From Octopus bimaculoides (lineage: Eukaryota): a stretch of DNA of 64,000 bases. This document shows positions 12,414 through 26,382 of this stretch, one piece after another. Numbering within the stretch: the stretch's first letter is position 1; the number at the start of each line of letters is the position of its first letter. Made by a program: the position numbers and the translations under genes. Under the pieces are notes generated by a model. It ran no database searches. It was not told the DNA's origin and saw only the letters and a program-made list of their open reading frames with translations. The stretch is taken from positions 6,022,718 through 6,086,717 of the forward strand of contig NC_068992.1 in NCBI RefSeq assembly GCF_001194135.2, given 5' to 3'.

Positions 12414-12989
12414 TATGTCTCGTCTTAATATCTGATTGAAATGGGAGTACAGAAAACGTTTACGATGATAATAAGAAACGAAAGACGAACAGATCATAAG
12501 ATGATGAAATCTCAATCAGTGTTACATTAAAGTCTATACCATCCGGCCGACATATGACGTGAGACATACTGTATTTATTCTCAGACTGAATATCGACAAT
12601 TTGATTCGTTTCAGCTCTCATTTTATATAAAAGAAAGCGAATCAAATAAGGTCTACAAATAATAAATATTTAAATGAATATAAAAAAACATAAAACTTTA
12701 AATATCTGTAAATTTGATTTATTTCAACAAAATTCACTTTAGACGACTTACGTGTTTGTAAAAAGAAATTTCAGACATCTTAATTCATTTTGAATTATGT
12801 GTCGAATGATCTGTTTCGATGTTTGGAAGCTAACTGTTTAATCAAACATATTCTTTCAATATAATATATTAAAATCGCGTTCTATAAGATGCCGAAAATT
12901 TGTGGAATAGAGGAATGGAGATTTAATAAGACGTATATAATTTTATATTTCTACTTACAATTATAGCTTTCTGATATTGTCATTCACAA

Positions 12990-14450
12990 TTCTGTCTGTT
13001 TACAGACGAAGATTGGATGATGGTAAATTCTTCAGATATAATCATGTTTCGAAAGTACGGAGTACCCCTACCCATTTTTGTCAAGATAGGAATCATTATA
13101 TGTTCTTTCTATTGTGTCCATTCTTACCGAAAAACTTTCGAAGGTTCCCGCTACAGAGACGTTACAGATTTACTTCTTCCATTGCGTGAAATACCGCTCC
13201 ACGAGACAAGGCTCTTCTGCGGATTGATAAATCTAATAGAGGAATATCCACAATCGTGTCTCATATGCATTAATTCTTCGCAGGCTCTGTCTACTCCACC
13301 CGCCAAGTTTTACTTTCCTTGTCACTTCATACTGTTATTTTCCTCTTTTCTAAATGGTGCAGCGAACGTCTTGGGCATTCATTCTTCCACAAAACAAATG
13401 TCTTATTTTGTTTTATCTCAGCCATCGTATTTCCAACTTACATCAGTTAATATTATATCTATTTGATCAAAATCGAAGAGGAAGCATTCAAAACATTTCT
13501 GATTCCTTCAAAACTGGTGCCATCCATGCAGTAAGCCGTTTGGACACCTACATTCAACTGTTGATATTAGTATAGAGGAGTTGCCTAAGTGCTGTCATTC
13601 TGCAGGAAATGGTAGAGCACGACACTTTGTGAGTTTTACGTGTAAGAACTGTTGATGATACGCTTTATATAAATACGAGAATGCAGCGCGTAAATACGAC
13701 ATAAATCAATCGATTATCACCTCCGAAGCTCCTCTTTCAAAATGTTATCTTTTTCTCGACATATAGTGAAATGTTACTCAAGATACAGGGATTTACAGTA
13801 AAAGCGCGATCGTGGTATGAATTGAAGCAAAGGAAGCTGTGATATTGTTATTGATCGAAGATCATTATTGGAAATCAGGGCTTATTTGGATAGCGCCTGC
13901 GTGGTGTTATCAAACACAAATTATATCCTTTGAAGTTTCGATTAAGTTGAAGAGAAACAGATAAGGATCGTGGTATTAAATCTGGAAGTTGCTCTGAATG
14001 AGTTACTTGAAATCCAGGGAAGCAGTTTTGTTTCATGCGAAGAACTTAATTAATAATGGTACAAGTGTTATAAGTACGATAATAAATTTTTTACTGTCCA
14101 TAAAGGGAAATTCCATTCATTATGAAATGGTTTACGTTAACAAGGGGAGGGTTCCAGACGAGTATTTCCTCATTTCATGGATGTCAGAACGGTAGGACAA
14201 CTTCTGCAAATAGTGTTGAATCAAAGAAGTTCTTAATCCTGTTGATTCAATGAATCTCATAATCTCTCTTAATGTAATTTAGTCAAATAAACCAACTGAA
14301 ACGTTGGAAGGTTTATCCTGCAAGATTACCTCGTGTTTTGCGCTTTAATCATTAATGCATCATCCAGTTGCTCTGACTGCATAACGTTGACTGCAGTTTT
14401 AGTCCTGCAAAAATTTATATCAATATACCCAGCGCTGAAAAACTTACTAT
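12990..14450 (-). mobile_element. Decayed RTE-like LINE, second copy
   Basis: Minus peptides in order: CILSNISLYVEK (~13752-13788, cf. QGCILSPxLFNLYxE), MDGTSFEGIRN (~13496-13527), LWKNECPRRSL, ESKTW (cf. GSETW), INAYETRLW (cf. LEAFEMWCY). Confidence 0.6.
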
Positions 14451-16329
14451 AAATCGTTCTTACTAAGTCCATATTCGAATTCATAAAAGATTAACAGATT
14501 TCTCTTGTAAAGTTTTCCTTATTGCCAGAGAATTCAATATACTTAATGGCATATGTAAGACGATGGAAAATTTACCAAAAACTCTGAGGATGAGTTATAG
14601 ATATAATTGGGTATACACAACAGCTTCATTAAATAAATACCACTGTAACTCAGCAATGATGTGTGAAAGTTCTAATCTGAAGTAAATATTGTTCTGAGTC
14701 TTACGAAGCTGATCTGTCATTTCAACCTTGAATGACTAGCTTACTGTACAAGATATGAATTTTACATAAAACTCAAATCAGTATTACAAAAGAAAATAAA
14801 ATACTTTCCTTATCATTATCCCACAAGAGCCGTTCTAATCCTGATCCCAGGCATAGCCTCACTTCTCGTATGAAATAAATTATTTAGGAATTTTAGTTAT
14901 TCCAACAACTACTCTATCTTGAACAATACAACTTTTTCAAACAGCATTTTAAAATTATATCCAGGTATGAATTTTATCTGGCAAGTTGGAAAAATAACCA
15001 AAGAAAATAAATAGCTTAGTCAAAATCTGCTATGGAGTAGATTAATATAATTTGCATTGAAAACAAACTCATAAATAACAAACCAAGATGTTGTAAACCA
15101 TTCTAAATAAATTCTGGAGCTATAATAGGACGAAAGAATAATTGGAAAATGTAAATGATGCTGATATTGTTCTGCTATGGAAACCAAGCATTCCTTTCGT
15201 CGAAAGAAAATGTATGGCAAACCTTTATATTTATTAGACCTCGGTTTTGGTTCCTTCGTTTTAAGAAAACTAATTATAAGATGAGGAATGCACTAAACTT
15301 TCCTATCTCAAACATTAATGTGCAATAATATATGAGAGTAAGGCTTTAGAACATTCAAAATCAATGCATAATTGACTGTTTATCATGCTCTGAATAGAAC
15401 GACGTAACAAGGAAACAGCTTTACAATAGCATTTGAAATTTACAGCATGAAAATAAAGCGTGGTGTGTATTTTCTTGTAAATAACCGTTGTGAATAATCA
15501 TTGAAATTAAATTCAATCGAATAACTCCCTTAAACGCATGTTGCTTGCGATCAAAAGCCTTGGGTGATTAAGTGCAAAGTTCACTCCTTGTATTTTATTC
15601 CTGAAATTAAAACTAGCGTTTGATGGCGGTACTCATTCCAGCATCTCTAAATCGCAACTTTCTCAACAATTTCCTTTGTTACCACACACGCAAACACAGA
15701 ACTGATTTCTAAGTGCAGACGTATCGCTCTAATGCAGAATGGTGGCCATTTCGTATGACGCTACCTCCCCTATTGTGGAAGAATGCACAGCAGAACTAGT
15801 CTTCTTTTCCCTAATAAGCACTGCCTTATTTCTCTTTTGTAATGGATCTACCATATTCTGTCGGGAAATATATATATANNNNNNNNNNNNNNNNNNNNNN
15901 NNNNNNNNNNNNNNNNNNNNNNNNNNNNNNNNNNNNNNNNNNNNNNNNNNNNNNNNNNNNNNNNNNNNNNNNNNNNNNNNNNNNNNNNNNNNNNNNNNNN
16001 NNNNNNNNNNNNNNNNNNNNNNNNNNNNNNNNNNNNNNNNNNNNNNNNNNNNNNNNNNNNNNNNNNNNNNNNNNNNNNNNNNNNNNNNNNNNNNNNNNNN
16101 NNNNNNCTGACCAATAGAATAAGTAGAAGGCTTTACATTTTATACAAAATAATAAGTACTGTAGTCGATGAGTCCGACTAAAAGTTTTCCTTCAGTCATT
16201 TACTGTAGCAAGATAGAAGATAAGCAAATTTTAGGTTACTTAACATATATTTGTGAGATGTTTCAACTTCTAAGGGCAAATTCACTGCAACTACAATGGA
16301 GAAAACATTCTTTTGATTAAAAGGTGTAA

Positions 16330-18200
16330 AAATACCATATCGGACCAGCGTTGCCCTCTATCGGGAGAAATACGGAAGAGAGCTAACTCTGGATAAATCC
16401 AAAACCGTAGATTTAACTAAAAAGACAGTCAACAAAAGCGGCTGAGCTGTATTGGTAGACAGCCTGATCAGGATAAAAATAATTGTATCATTATAAAGAT
16501 AAATGAAAAGACTTATTACATGTTCCAGTATTCGTAGTTGTAGTATTGAGATATTTAAAATATAGTTGTATTATGATCTACGCCAACCGAGGCACATCTG
16601 AGCTAGGATGAGGATGTGCCATGTTTTGAACAAGTGAACATAGGATGCTATGACAGTTAATTTAGAAACTAATTTTCGTTTGAATGCAATTTTACTGTGG
16701 GTCCATCTATGAATAAAACATTGGATGTTGATCGGAGGTCACTTTTGATAGAAACATCGAATAGATATAAATATTGGAAATTCTTTCATCTTAGAATTTA
16801 AAGTTCGTATTCGAAAATATTATGAATCTCTTACACAAGTCATCTCTGATATTAAGACATTAAATCAATACTCTTTCTAATAGTATTAGCAAAGCCGTCA
16901 ACCATATCAAGCGCGACGATTTCCTATTTAATTTACCTGTCCTGCAGATGCATACCCTGGATCAGAAGTTTCGTTACAACACTCCATTATACAGAACATT
17001 TACAGGATTACATCCGATCTGTATCTTAATATATCTAATGCACTTATACTTTCTTATATAACTTCCCTATATACAGTTAACATTTACGTTGCTATGTCAA
17101 CCATTCACGTTCATACACATTTACACACAAGAGAGGCGACCCTTAACAGGCAGCCTTACATTTTTATGTAGATGATACCGGATTACCTCACCTCACCAGT
17201 CTCCCGCTCTCAGCGCAAGATGAGAGGCTATTTTCTAACATCAGCAATCGAATCCCTTTTAAATCACGCGTTAACTTCTTAATAAAAGAAAGGCATATTA
17301 GATTATGACAGTCCTACATTTACGGAGGAAAATTGGATCATTGCTAAAATTCCACTTACAGTAAGCTGTTTATTTGGTGATAACTGGGAGTTGGACAACA
17401 AAAACAACCTATATCGAAACTAAACACCATGGAAAAATTAGTCATGTAAGTTCCGCACTTTGAACTAACTACGAATTATTTTCGCGGGGGTTGACTCGAT
17501 AGAAATGACAGCATTTCGTCTCAAATAACGACCTATTGCTAAATTACTTAAAAGACGAATTGGATATTGTCATCCGAGATATACAAGCATAAAAGGTGAT
17601 CATTGCTGATAAATCTTTGAACATATTCCGCTTCATATTGGCTGATCTAAAGATCAATTATGAGAAAATCATCGTAATTCTAATACTATTCTGTTCTCCA
17701 CTGGAACAACGCATAACTGAAAACTGCGAAATTAGTTGAAAGGATAGGTAGGTATCACGATTTATGATCTTTTACCAATAACTCTTAACGTGTGCTCCCA
17801 TTTACCACTACGCAAGGTTTGTAGATGATCTCTTCATTTTGTAAGCAGATTAGTAGAACCTTCATGGTAATAATCCTGTAACACAGAACTTACTAGCGTA
17901 TATTTACCTAACAACTGGTAACATATAATGTTACGTATCAGATATGATGCTGTTGACTGTGTCCTATACTTGAGAAATAAAAAAGCGTGCATTTTGTACC
18001 AAAACGACATGACAACTTCTCACCTTGATGACCAACGCGAGACAGTTCTTTGCCGGTTGTACTGGACAGAATTGACAGTACCTTTTTTCGAAAAGATGTC
18101 AATTTATTTTTTCCTGCAAATAAGTTCTATATTTTGGGGACCGATTCTGGTGGATGGTGAATTCAATACGTAAATCTGCAACATTTACAACAAACATCTC
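16330..18200 (+). mobile_element. Highly decayed LINE (endonuclease and RT traces)
   Basis: IYA (cf. VYAPT) at ~16576, NFTVG (cf. GDFNAxVG) at ~16689, FVDDLFIL at 17818-17841 (YADD box), IFWGPILVDG (cf. YLGS..DG) at ~18130. Confidence 0.45.
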
Positions 18201-19414
18201 TTAGAAATCATTCAAAAAAAACAAATTATGATAACATACTAGTGATTATATCAGAGACAGTCATGAAAACAGGCAGCAAGGTAGATAATATTAATTTAAT
18301 TCTATCAAATGATTTTTGTCACACAAAAAAGTGTTAAGCTCAAATATGGTAATGAAAAGAATGTGACTTAGATATACAGTAGTATTATATAATACAGTCT
18401 GTATTATATGGAAGAGAAAATCAGTGTAGATACCCCAGATGATAATCAAAATGTTTAACAGAGCATATTTGTATTTATCGCTCTAATATAACTACAGTGT
18501 GGTTAAGAAGGTCGATCCACAATCACTTTGTTAGTGTTGAAGAACAGTCATATACCCACAGACACAAACGTATACACACACAAATACACAAACCCAGATA
18601 TATAGGCCAACTTTCCTCAATGGATATGACTGCAGCAATGTTTGAGGGAGGTCGGCCTTCTGTAAAGCACAGGTGATTTTATAATCTAGGAAATTTTATC
18701 CTACGCAACTGTTTTCTTTTGAACGTCATGTAATATCTCACTTTTCATTACATTATAACATGATTTGAAATACATATAACTGTTATTTCTAACAAAAATA
18801 AAGAACAGCAGAACAGCTTCACTTTTCGCTCAGTTTACTACTACTACTGTTGTTGTTGCTGCAGCTCTTATTTTTCTTTTGCAGCAGGTTAGCTCCCAAG
18901 AAACCTATACATAATCAAATTTGTTCTATGCTGTTTTCATGATTATTTTCGGTTATTGAGTAAAAGTTAGTTTTACGGTATTTACATGCTATATTTATCG
19001 AGTCAAGTCACCACGAATAGTATGCAATTCTGTTGCCATTGTTTTGACGATTTCTAATATATTTTAAAGATATACACTAGTAAAGGGTTCCTCGTTGGAA
19101 CTTACTAAATGTAGTCTTAATTTTGTTGGAACTCAGCACAGCTCTGACTGAGTGCATTTATGACCAAAGTCGTTTCAGCCTTGGCCATCCTGTATTTTGT
19201 ATTCAGATATTGTGCATGAGCAACGATAATGTGTAAAGCGTCCAGTGGTGTTTACGCGCGAAGGGTATGAATTGAGTGCTATTTTCGTTATTTATTCTCT
19301 GGCAAGCGGAACGGTCACTATAAATAGTTCGAAACATTAATTTCAAGATTTAGTGTGAGGCTAACAATTGTGGGGGAGGGGATAAATCGATTCCATCTAC
19401 CTCAGTACTTAATA

Positions 19415-19556
19415 TGCAATTCTTATTTCATCAACCACGAAATGATGAACGCTAAATTCGAAACCGATAGCATTCGGAATCAGACTGTAAAGGTGGAAGA
19501 AAAACCACCAAGTATTTTGTCCGGTGCGGTAGCGATTTTCTCAGCTCGCCGCCTTC
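19415..19556 (-). mobile_element. Old SINE family A copy
   Basis: Degenerate gaaatgatgaacgctaaattcga...cattcggaatcaga...agtattttgtccggtgcggtagcgattttctcagctcgccgcc. Confidence 0.55.
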
Positions 19557-20673
19557 TAGGTTCGAAATATTTCGAATAGGAGTTTCTCGATTTATTGTTC
19601 ACGTGGGAACACGTGTGTCATAATCACATATTAGCAAATCACACGTACGACCTGTGGCAGTTTCGAAGTCACTGTAGATGACATAATCACACTGATGGTG
19701 AAGAGATGAGGGAACATATGGAAACGACAAAATTTTGAAGTGAATAAAGAACAAGGAATAGAATTTACTTGTTAAATCTTTCATATTTATTCTTGTAATT
19801 CAATATCATAAATACATTAGTTGTTTTTTTTTTGTTTTCTAATTTAGAGGTTAAAAGTTATTCTGCGCAATATTTTTTTCTAAGTTTTATTTACGCATTT
19901 ATGTTTATTTTGCCGCCGTTTTGTAGTTGTTTTTATTCTGCCACAATAAAGAATAACCTCTCGAGATTCGTATATTTGATAGTATTTGTTTTACTTATTA
20001 GTTTTTCCTACGTTTTAAATTACTCATAAAACCTCAGTGCTAGATTCTATTTATTTCTGATAATCAACTTTATAACGGGACTTTGAACCTAGAGGTTATT
20101 TTCTCAATTTTAATGAGAAAGTAGATCTTTCAACAATTGAACTTCTTCCAAATTGTTCTGCACGTTTACCTTCATATAAAGATAAGATCATTATTTTTAG
20201 AAAAAGAAGACTATATACATATATACATATTGTTCTTGAAACACGGAAACTACAATACAAATTTTCTTTCACAATTCATAATTACAGAAGTTTAAGAAAT
20301 AAATTTTCTAACACGTGATAGAAAAAAGAAATACGATTCTGACGAAGACTCACAGTTGATAATCTGAAATATTTTTTATTTTCTTTAAACATTTAAGAAT
20401 TTCTTTTGGAAAAAATTCAGGTTACAGAAGAGAATATGGTATTTTTCATGGAAGGAATGAAAAAATATTATAGAATTGAATTTAACAACATCACTGCATT
20501 GGTTTGAAGCATTAGGTGGATATTTGATATCACGTAGTTCCACCGAATTATAGGGATAAAAAAAAGCTTAAATATTCTACTACAAAGTCGCTGAAGTTCT
20601 GCAACTGTGACACTGCTTGATGCATTTTCTGGTATGATTAATTCTTAAATGTCAATAAAAATATGTCTCACTA

Positions 20674-20741
<68 letters not shown>

Positions 20742-20829
20742 GTGTGTGTATAACAACAATATATGTATCCCCCTACATATACACACAGAAAGATGTGTAT
20801 GAATTCATAAATATGTGTCTGCTTATGTA

Positions 20830-21779
20830 NNNNNNNNNNNNNNNNNNNNNNNNNNNNNNNNNNNNNNNNNNNNNNNNNNNNNNNNNNNNNNNNNNNNNNN
20901 NNNNNNNNNNNNNNNNNNNNNNNNNNNNNNNNNNNNNNNNNNNNNNNNNNNNNNNNNNNNNNNNNNNNNNNNNNNNNNNNNNNNNNNNNNNNNNNNNNNN
21001 NNNNNNNNNNNNNNNNNNNNNNNNNNNNNNNNNNNNNNNNNNNNNNNNNNNNNNNNNNNNNNNNNNNNNNNNNNNNNNNNNNNNNNNNNNNNNNNNNNNN
21101 NNNNNNNNNNNNNNNNNNNNNNNNNNNNNNNNNNNNNNNNNNNNNNNNNNNNNNNNNNNNNNNNNNNNNNNNNNNNNNNNNNNNNNNNNNNNNNNNNNNN
21201 NNNNNNNNNNNNNNNNNNNNNNNNNNNNNNNNNNNNNNNNNNNNNNNNNNNNNNNNNNNNNNNNNNNNNNNNNNNNNNNNNNNNNNNNNNNNNNNNNNNN
21301 NNNNNNNNNNNNNNNNNNNNNNNNNNNNNNNNNNNNNNNNNNNNNNNNNNNNNNNNNNNNNNNNNNNNNNNNNNNNNNNNNNNNNNNNNNNNNNNNNNNN
21401 NNNNNNNNNNNNNNNNNNNNNNNNNNNNNNNNNNNNNNNNNNNNNNNNNNNNNNNNNNNNNNNNNNNNNNNNNNNNNNNNNNNNNNNNNNNNNNNNNNNN
21501 NNNNNNNNNNNNNNNNNNNNNNNNNNNNNNNNNNNNNNNNNNNNNNNNNNNNNNNNNNNNNNNNNNNNNNNNNNNNNNNNNNNNNNNNNNNNNNNNNNNN
21601 NNNNNNNNNNNNNNNNNNNNNNNNNNNNNNNNNNNNNNNNNNNNNNNNNNNNNNNNNNNNNNNNNNNNNNNNNNNNNNNNNNNNNNNNNNNNNNNNNNNN
21701 NNNNNNNNNNNNNNNNNNNNNNNNNNNNNNNNNNNNNNNNNNNNNNNNNNNNNNNNNNNNNNNNNNNNNNNNNNNNNNN
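20830..21779. other. Assembly gap (largest of several N runs; others include 2392, 15879, 27524, 28485, 41854, 50728)
   Basis: Runs of N, most abutting (TA)n, (CT)n or (GT)n microsatellites. Confidence 0.99.
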
Positions 21780-21817
<38 letters not shown>

Positions 21818-22428
21818 TACACAAACACCAACACTTCATATATCAAAGAGAAAGTCATAATTAAAGACTCAACAACGTTATAAATAAATTATGAATGATT
21901 TCACAATCCTACAAAAGTTGCCTGAAGATATCACATTTATAACGTTGCCATAATGATTCTGTTACCGAGTCTTTACATGCTTACTTGATCTTCTAGATAT
22001 AAAAGTCAAATTACATGCATATCACTCTACTTTCAAGAACAAGAGTCAAATCATAGAATCAATAACAGTGTCTGGAAATTAGAATGATCAAAATGATGTT
22101 ATATTGCATTGCAAGTTGGTTAGGTGATTAGATGACGACTGATGAAATTATTTCTTTAAAAAATGCACCAGAAACAGCCAGTAAACACTTCGAATCTGAT
22201 CGTTTGCAAAACGTTTTATAATGTTACTTATACTATTATGCATGCGACTATGATTCAAATGTATTTGTATATGAATAAAACGTCTGCAAAAAATGTAAGC
22301 TATTCAAATGACTCGCATCGACAGATTCTCGAACGCAATACACACTCGTGTTCATATATTTTCTAAAGTTTCCCTACCTTAGAATAATGGTCAGGACTAA
22401 TATAAATAAATACTACCGTATTTCTATA

Positions 22429-22517
22429 TAGCAGAGTGGTTAAGCGCGCTGGCAACTAATCCCAAGATTCCGAGTTCGATTCTAGGCAGTGACCTGAATA
22501 ATAATAATAATAATAAT
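22429..22517 (+). mobile_element. tRNA-derived short element or tRNA pseudogene with (AAT)n tail
   Basis: A-box TAGCAGAGTGG at 22429 and B-box GAGTTCGATTC at ~22472. No acceptor-stem pairing; followed directly by (AAT)6-7. Confidence 0.6.
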
Positions 22518-23899
22518 ACATGTCCGGATGCAGTACCAGGCAGTGGATCTCATGGCTTCTGATCTTAATTGATTGGAAGTGTTATCATGTACATTGTTTT
22601 GTCTTGGTATAAAAAGATGGGCTACAGCAAATATTCTGCTTGATATGTAGCTTTTGAAGTAATTTATGGTAAATATTTGTGCAGAGACCATTTCATTGTT
22701 CTAACAATTCTGTAATCCAAAGTTTCAGAAATAGCGAAGAGTAGGCGTATATAGCTGTGTAGTTATCAGATTATGGAATTATGCATGCCACCCTGTATGG
22801 ATTTGAGAAGCAGTGCAAGTATATCGGGGTTGTATACAACAAAATCAGAACGTATTCGTTATTCGTTTCTTGGCATTGTTTCTTTTTGAGGTTTCTGTTT
22901 TATATTTTTGTCTCTTGATGTAATTATCATATTCAAATTAATAAATCATTCAATGTCAATTGTTATTAACTTTCTGGGTTTCAAATGCCTTATATTATTA
23001 TGACTAAAAGTGGAAAGCATAAAATGTGTTTGTGTGACCATACCACTTAATGTATGTTTACTGATGGTCCTGTTTACTGAGGCGGTTATCTGCAGTTAGG
23101 AATAGACAGACGTTTTGCATTATAAGTATATGTAGAAATCAAAAGTCAATGGCGTCGTACGTGACAAGGAAGAGAGAGACGGTAAAAAATCGAGAATTCC
23201 GTTTCTCCGATTAGTGTACTCAGAAAGGTGGCCTGACCAGGGCTACTGTACATAAATCAATAAGTAATTTCTAATAATTCAAAATACACCCCAGAAGCTG
23301 AGAATCTCTTATCAGTTATAAACAACCATACACACATATATATATATTTAAACCAGTGTCAACAATGACTCTTGTGTAACATACAATATAATACATACGC
23401 CCTCTTCAAATAATTCACCTTTACTTCAAATAATACACCCACTCTTTAAATACAACATCTATACGTCAAAGTTTGGACAAACTAACGCCATTATCAAATA
23501 TTCAGTTAAAACAAGCCACTTAATCCACAAAAAGGAAAGAGAAATACTATATACGCGCATTCCACTGTATCATGATTTCAATTTCAAAACATACGTGTGA
23601 GATACAATTAATGAAAATATACATCGTGTGTAAAGCGTCAGTGTGCAGAAACTTCTATCTTGAATATTATGGAAGCTGTGAGACCGCGTTCTCCTATAAA
23701 TATTATCAAGTAACTGTATTTAATATTGCAAAATTATAAAATTGTGATATTTTAAAATTTCATGGTCAGATAGATGCTTGGTGATACAGATATTTATGAA
23801 GCTAAATAAAGAAAATACTATCTCAGGGATTGTGAATATATTAAAAATAAGGAAGTTTTCAACAAAACCAGCTTGGGTCGAATCGTGTCCAGGCGTGAG

Positions 23900-24660
23900 A
23901 AGATTACTGCTTCATTTATTTAAATTAGAGTTTCTATGTATATTGTATCATCCAATGATTGCTATAGCTTCTAAAGCTGTCGTCTATAATTTCAACGAAG
24001 TTTCCCTGTTTCCCTTCCAGTTTGTCAGTTTACAATATCAAGCCTCCTTGTATCAGTATTCAGATGCTTCCAGTAATCTCTAGTCGTTTAATATTCTTCG
24101 TCGGTGTGTCGATAGGGTTACGGAAAGGGCATTTAAGAGATTTGTTCAAGTTGAAAGTGAGATTTAATACAAACATAATGAATGATGTATTGGCATCTTG
24201 TTAGAAGTGTTTTTACCCAATTCCCAATTTCATTTCAAATACTTCACTTCCAGCTAAGTTATAACTCATATACTTCCCATATATTCTCATCAAATGAGAC
24301 ATTTCTGTTGTATACTTGAACCCAAATCCCCATCTCATTTACATATAGATTCATATTGCACTTCAGTTTTAATTAGACTCGACTAATTACTTTTTGATTT
24401 GTACCTCTCACAAGGTACATTTCTCTTACATATATTACATTTCTCTAATTCGTTAACATTGCACTCTTCGTGGGTTCACTACATGACTCATTCTTTATTT
24501 GATGGACAAATTATCATTATTCTGATTTCTCCTGTACAGATTCCACAAACATATGTCATCAACAAAGATATCCCTTCAGTCAATTTATTTCCATCTGCGT
24601 TCATGTTTAATAGTATTTAACATTTGTCGAATATCAAACACGACGCAAAGTGTCTTTACA
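23900..24660 (-). mobile_element. Decayed CR1/L2-like LINE RT fragment
   Basis: Minus peptides IFVDDICLW (24543-24572), then SHFQLEQ (cf. RPxLEY) and KNIKRLE (24078-24099, cf. KDIxxLExVQ). Confidence 0.5.
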
Positions 24661-24921
24661 CTGAATTTATTCAATACAGTTTTAATACATACTAACTTAA
24701 TTGAGAAATACTGAATCCCTTACTTAGTAATTAATTTTAACATGAATATACTGCAGCACTTATGTTAACAATGCTTTCACTTGATCACCAAAAGGTATCT
24801 GCTACATGTCTCACACAAATCACAGACTCTCGCCTTGAAGATTTGGGATGTAATGTTGATAAGTTTAAACAATAACTATTGTATTTAATAGAAATAATAT
24901 TACGGTACACAAGCAGATTAT

Positions 24922-25138
24922 AATTCTTTTGTACTCTAGGCAAAAGTCCCGAAATTTCTGGGAAAAGGGTCAGTCGATTAGATCGACCCCAGTACGCAAC
25001 TGGTACTTAATTTATCGACCCCGAAAGGATGACAGGCAAAGTCGACCTCGGCGGAATTTGAACTCAGAACGTAAAGACAGACGACATACCCCTAAGCATT
25101 TCGCCCGGCGTGGTAACGGTTCTGCCAACTCGCCGCCT
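24922..25138 (-). mobile_element. Full-length SINE family A (tRNA-derived head)
   Basis: Minus strand reads ggcggcgagttggcagaaccgttacc...gagttcaaattcc (B-box-like)...gtcgactttgcctgtcatcctttcggggtcgataaattaagtaccag...cctagagtacaaaagaat. It is homologous to many other copies in the window. Confidence 0.9.
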
Positions 25139-26368
25139 CTTTGTCTCTTTGCAGATTATAATTAGGAATATTACCTAATTTTTTGAGATTTATTTGATAA
25201 TTATATCAAGTTGCCCGTACAAAATCCTTACCAAGATAAGCAAGGGGATAAAGCTGTATACTAAGTGATTAATTAGTACATATGTATTGTATATTAATAT
25301 AGTAATGTAGACTATTTTAGAAATGTATTCGGCACACAGACTTACACCAGTTTCGAGATGGTTGGTTATGTATGACATATAATACAAATGGGTGCTGCTG
25401 AATCACAGCTTGTACAAATTGAACTATCATCTGTGATCAACAAACATATATATCCTCTCAATTTATTCCGTCTGTTCAATATAACTTCGCTTATTGCTGT
25501 CACCAGATAACAACTTCATAATTAAACATTTTGCTGTAGCAAAGTGCATCGTTTACAATTCTATGACTATCATAAAATGTTATGGAGATGCACTTGCATA
25601 GCAAGTGACCTGATCTGAGATCGTGTGCTGGAACGAAAACAATTGCAGCGTAGAAGGTGTTCATAAACCATTTAAAAGCACACAAAAACCGTTAGATTCA
25701 CTTCAACATTTAAATTTAATTTGCCAAAATATTTTCATCGCATTGAGATCGCGACCTGTTCACTGACAATATTTTGTGCTGCGATAGAATATGTTAGCTT
25801 TTCATTTATCTCGCATTTAAAATAACGTGTCAAAATATACTAATTACAACATAAATTAAAATATCACTCTCATGTTTCGTGTTTGCTTTGAATTTAAATT
25901 AGGTTTTAGATTACATTTCATCAACAAATTTATATTCGACCAAATTACAAGAATTAGAGACTGGCCCTATTAATATCAGTAATATGAACATTCTTTTTTG
26001 AAGAGTAATGAAAATAGTATCGCAATCTTGAAAATCAGATGGCGGTTTTAGACAAAATGCAACCGTTTACATAGTCTGACTCTATTTGTAGTTTAAGTAT
26101 TCTTGAAAAAAATTAATTTAAAAAACTTTTTTTTAAAAACTAAGATATCGATCTACTTGCATGCGAAAAAATAATGCGAGATACGATACTCATATCTCAT
26201 TAACTATATAATGAAATAACGATAACTTCTCCCATTTCTTTTCAAACACACCTTCCTAGCAAGCACTGCTGTAAAGAGCGAGAGTGAGCTAGAATGTTAA
26301 AACTTAGTTCAAAGCAGAGTTCAAACTCAATGTTTCGCAAGCGGATTTCCTCTGCGTGCTTTCGCTTC

Positions 26369-26382
26369 GTTACTATGGCAAC
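26369..26382. promoter_or_regulatory. RFX X-box motif GTTACTATGGCAAC
   Basis: Exact match to the GTHNYY-AT-RRNAAC consensus. It lies in a locally CpG-richer unique stretch, with Inr-like TCATTC at 26443-26448. Confidence 0.45.

Noticed and set aside
11959-12435. 158-aa His-rich ORF (and the antisense poly-Met ORF)
   Set aside because: It is a translation of the (CAT)n microsatellite; no protein-like flanks or splice context.
20690-21883. The longest ORFs in the track (338-397 aa), and similar ones at 15.7, 27.5, 28.2, 41.8 and 50.6 kb
   Set aside because: Made of X codons from N gaps.
22429-22497. Functional tRNA gene
   Set aside because: No acceptor stem or clean anticodon arm, and an (AAT)n tail instead of a T-run terminator.
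23400-23460. Three ~20-bp units (cttcaaataa.cacc)
   Set aside because: Short decayed minisatellite with no further structure.
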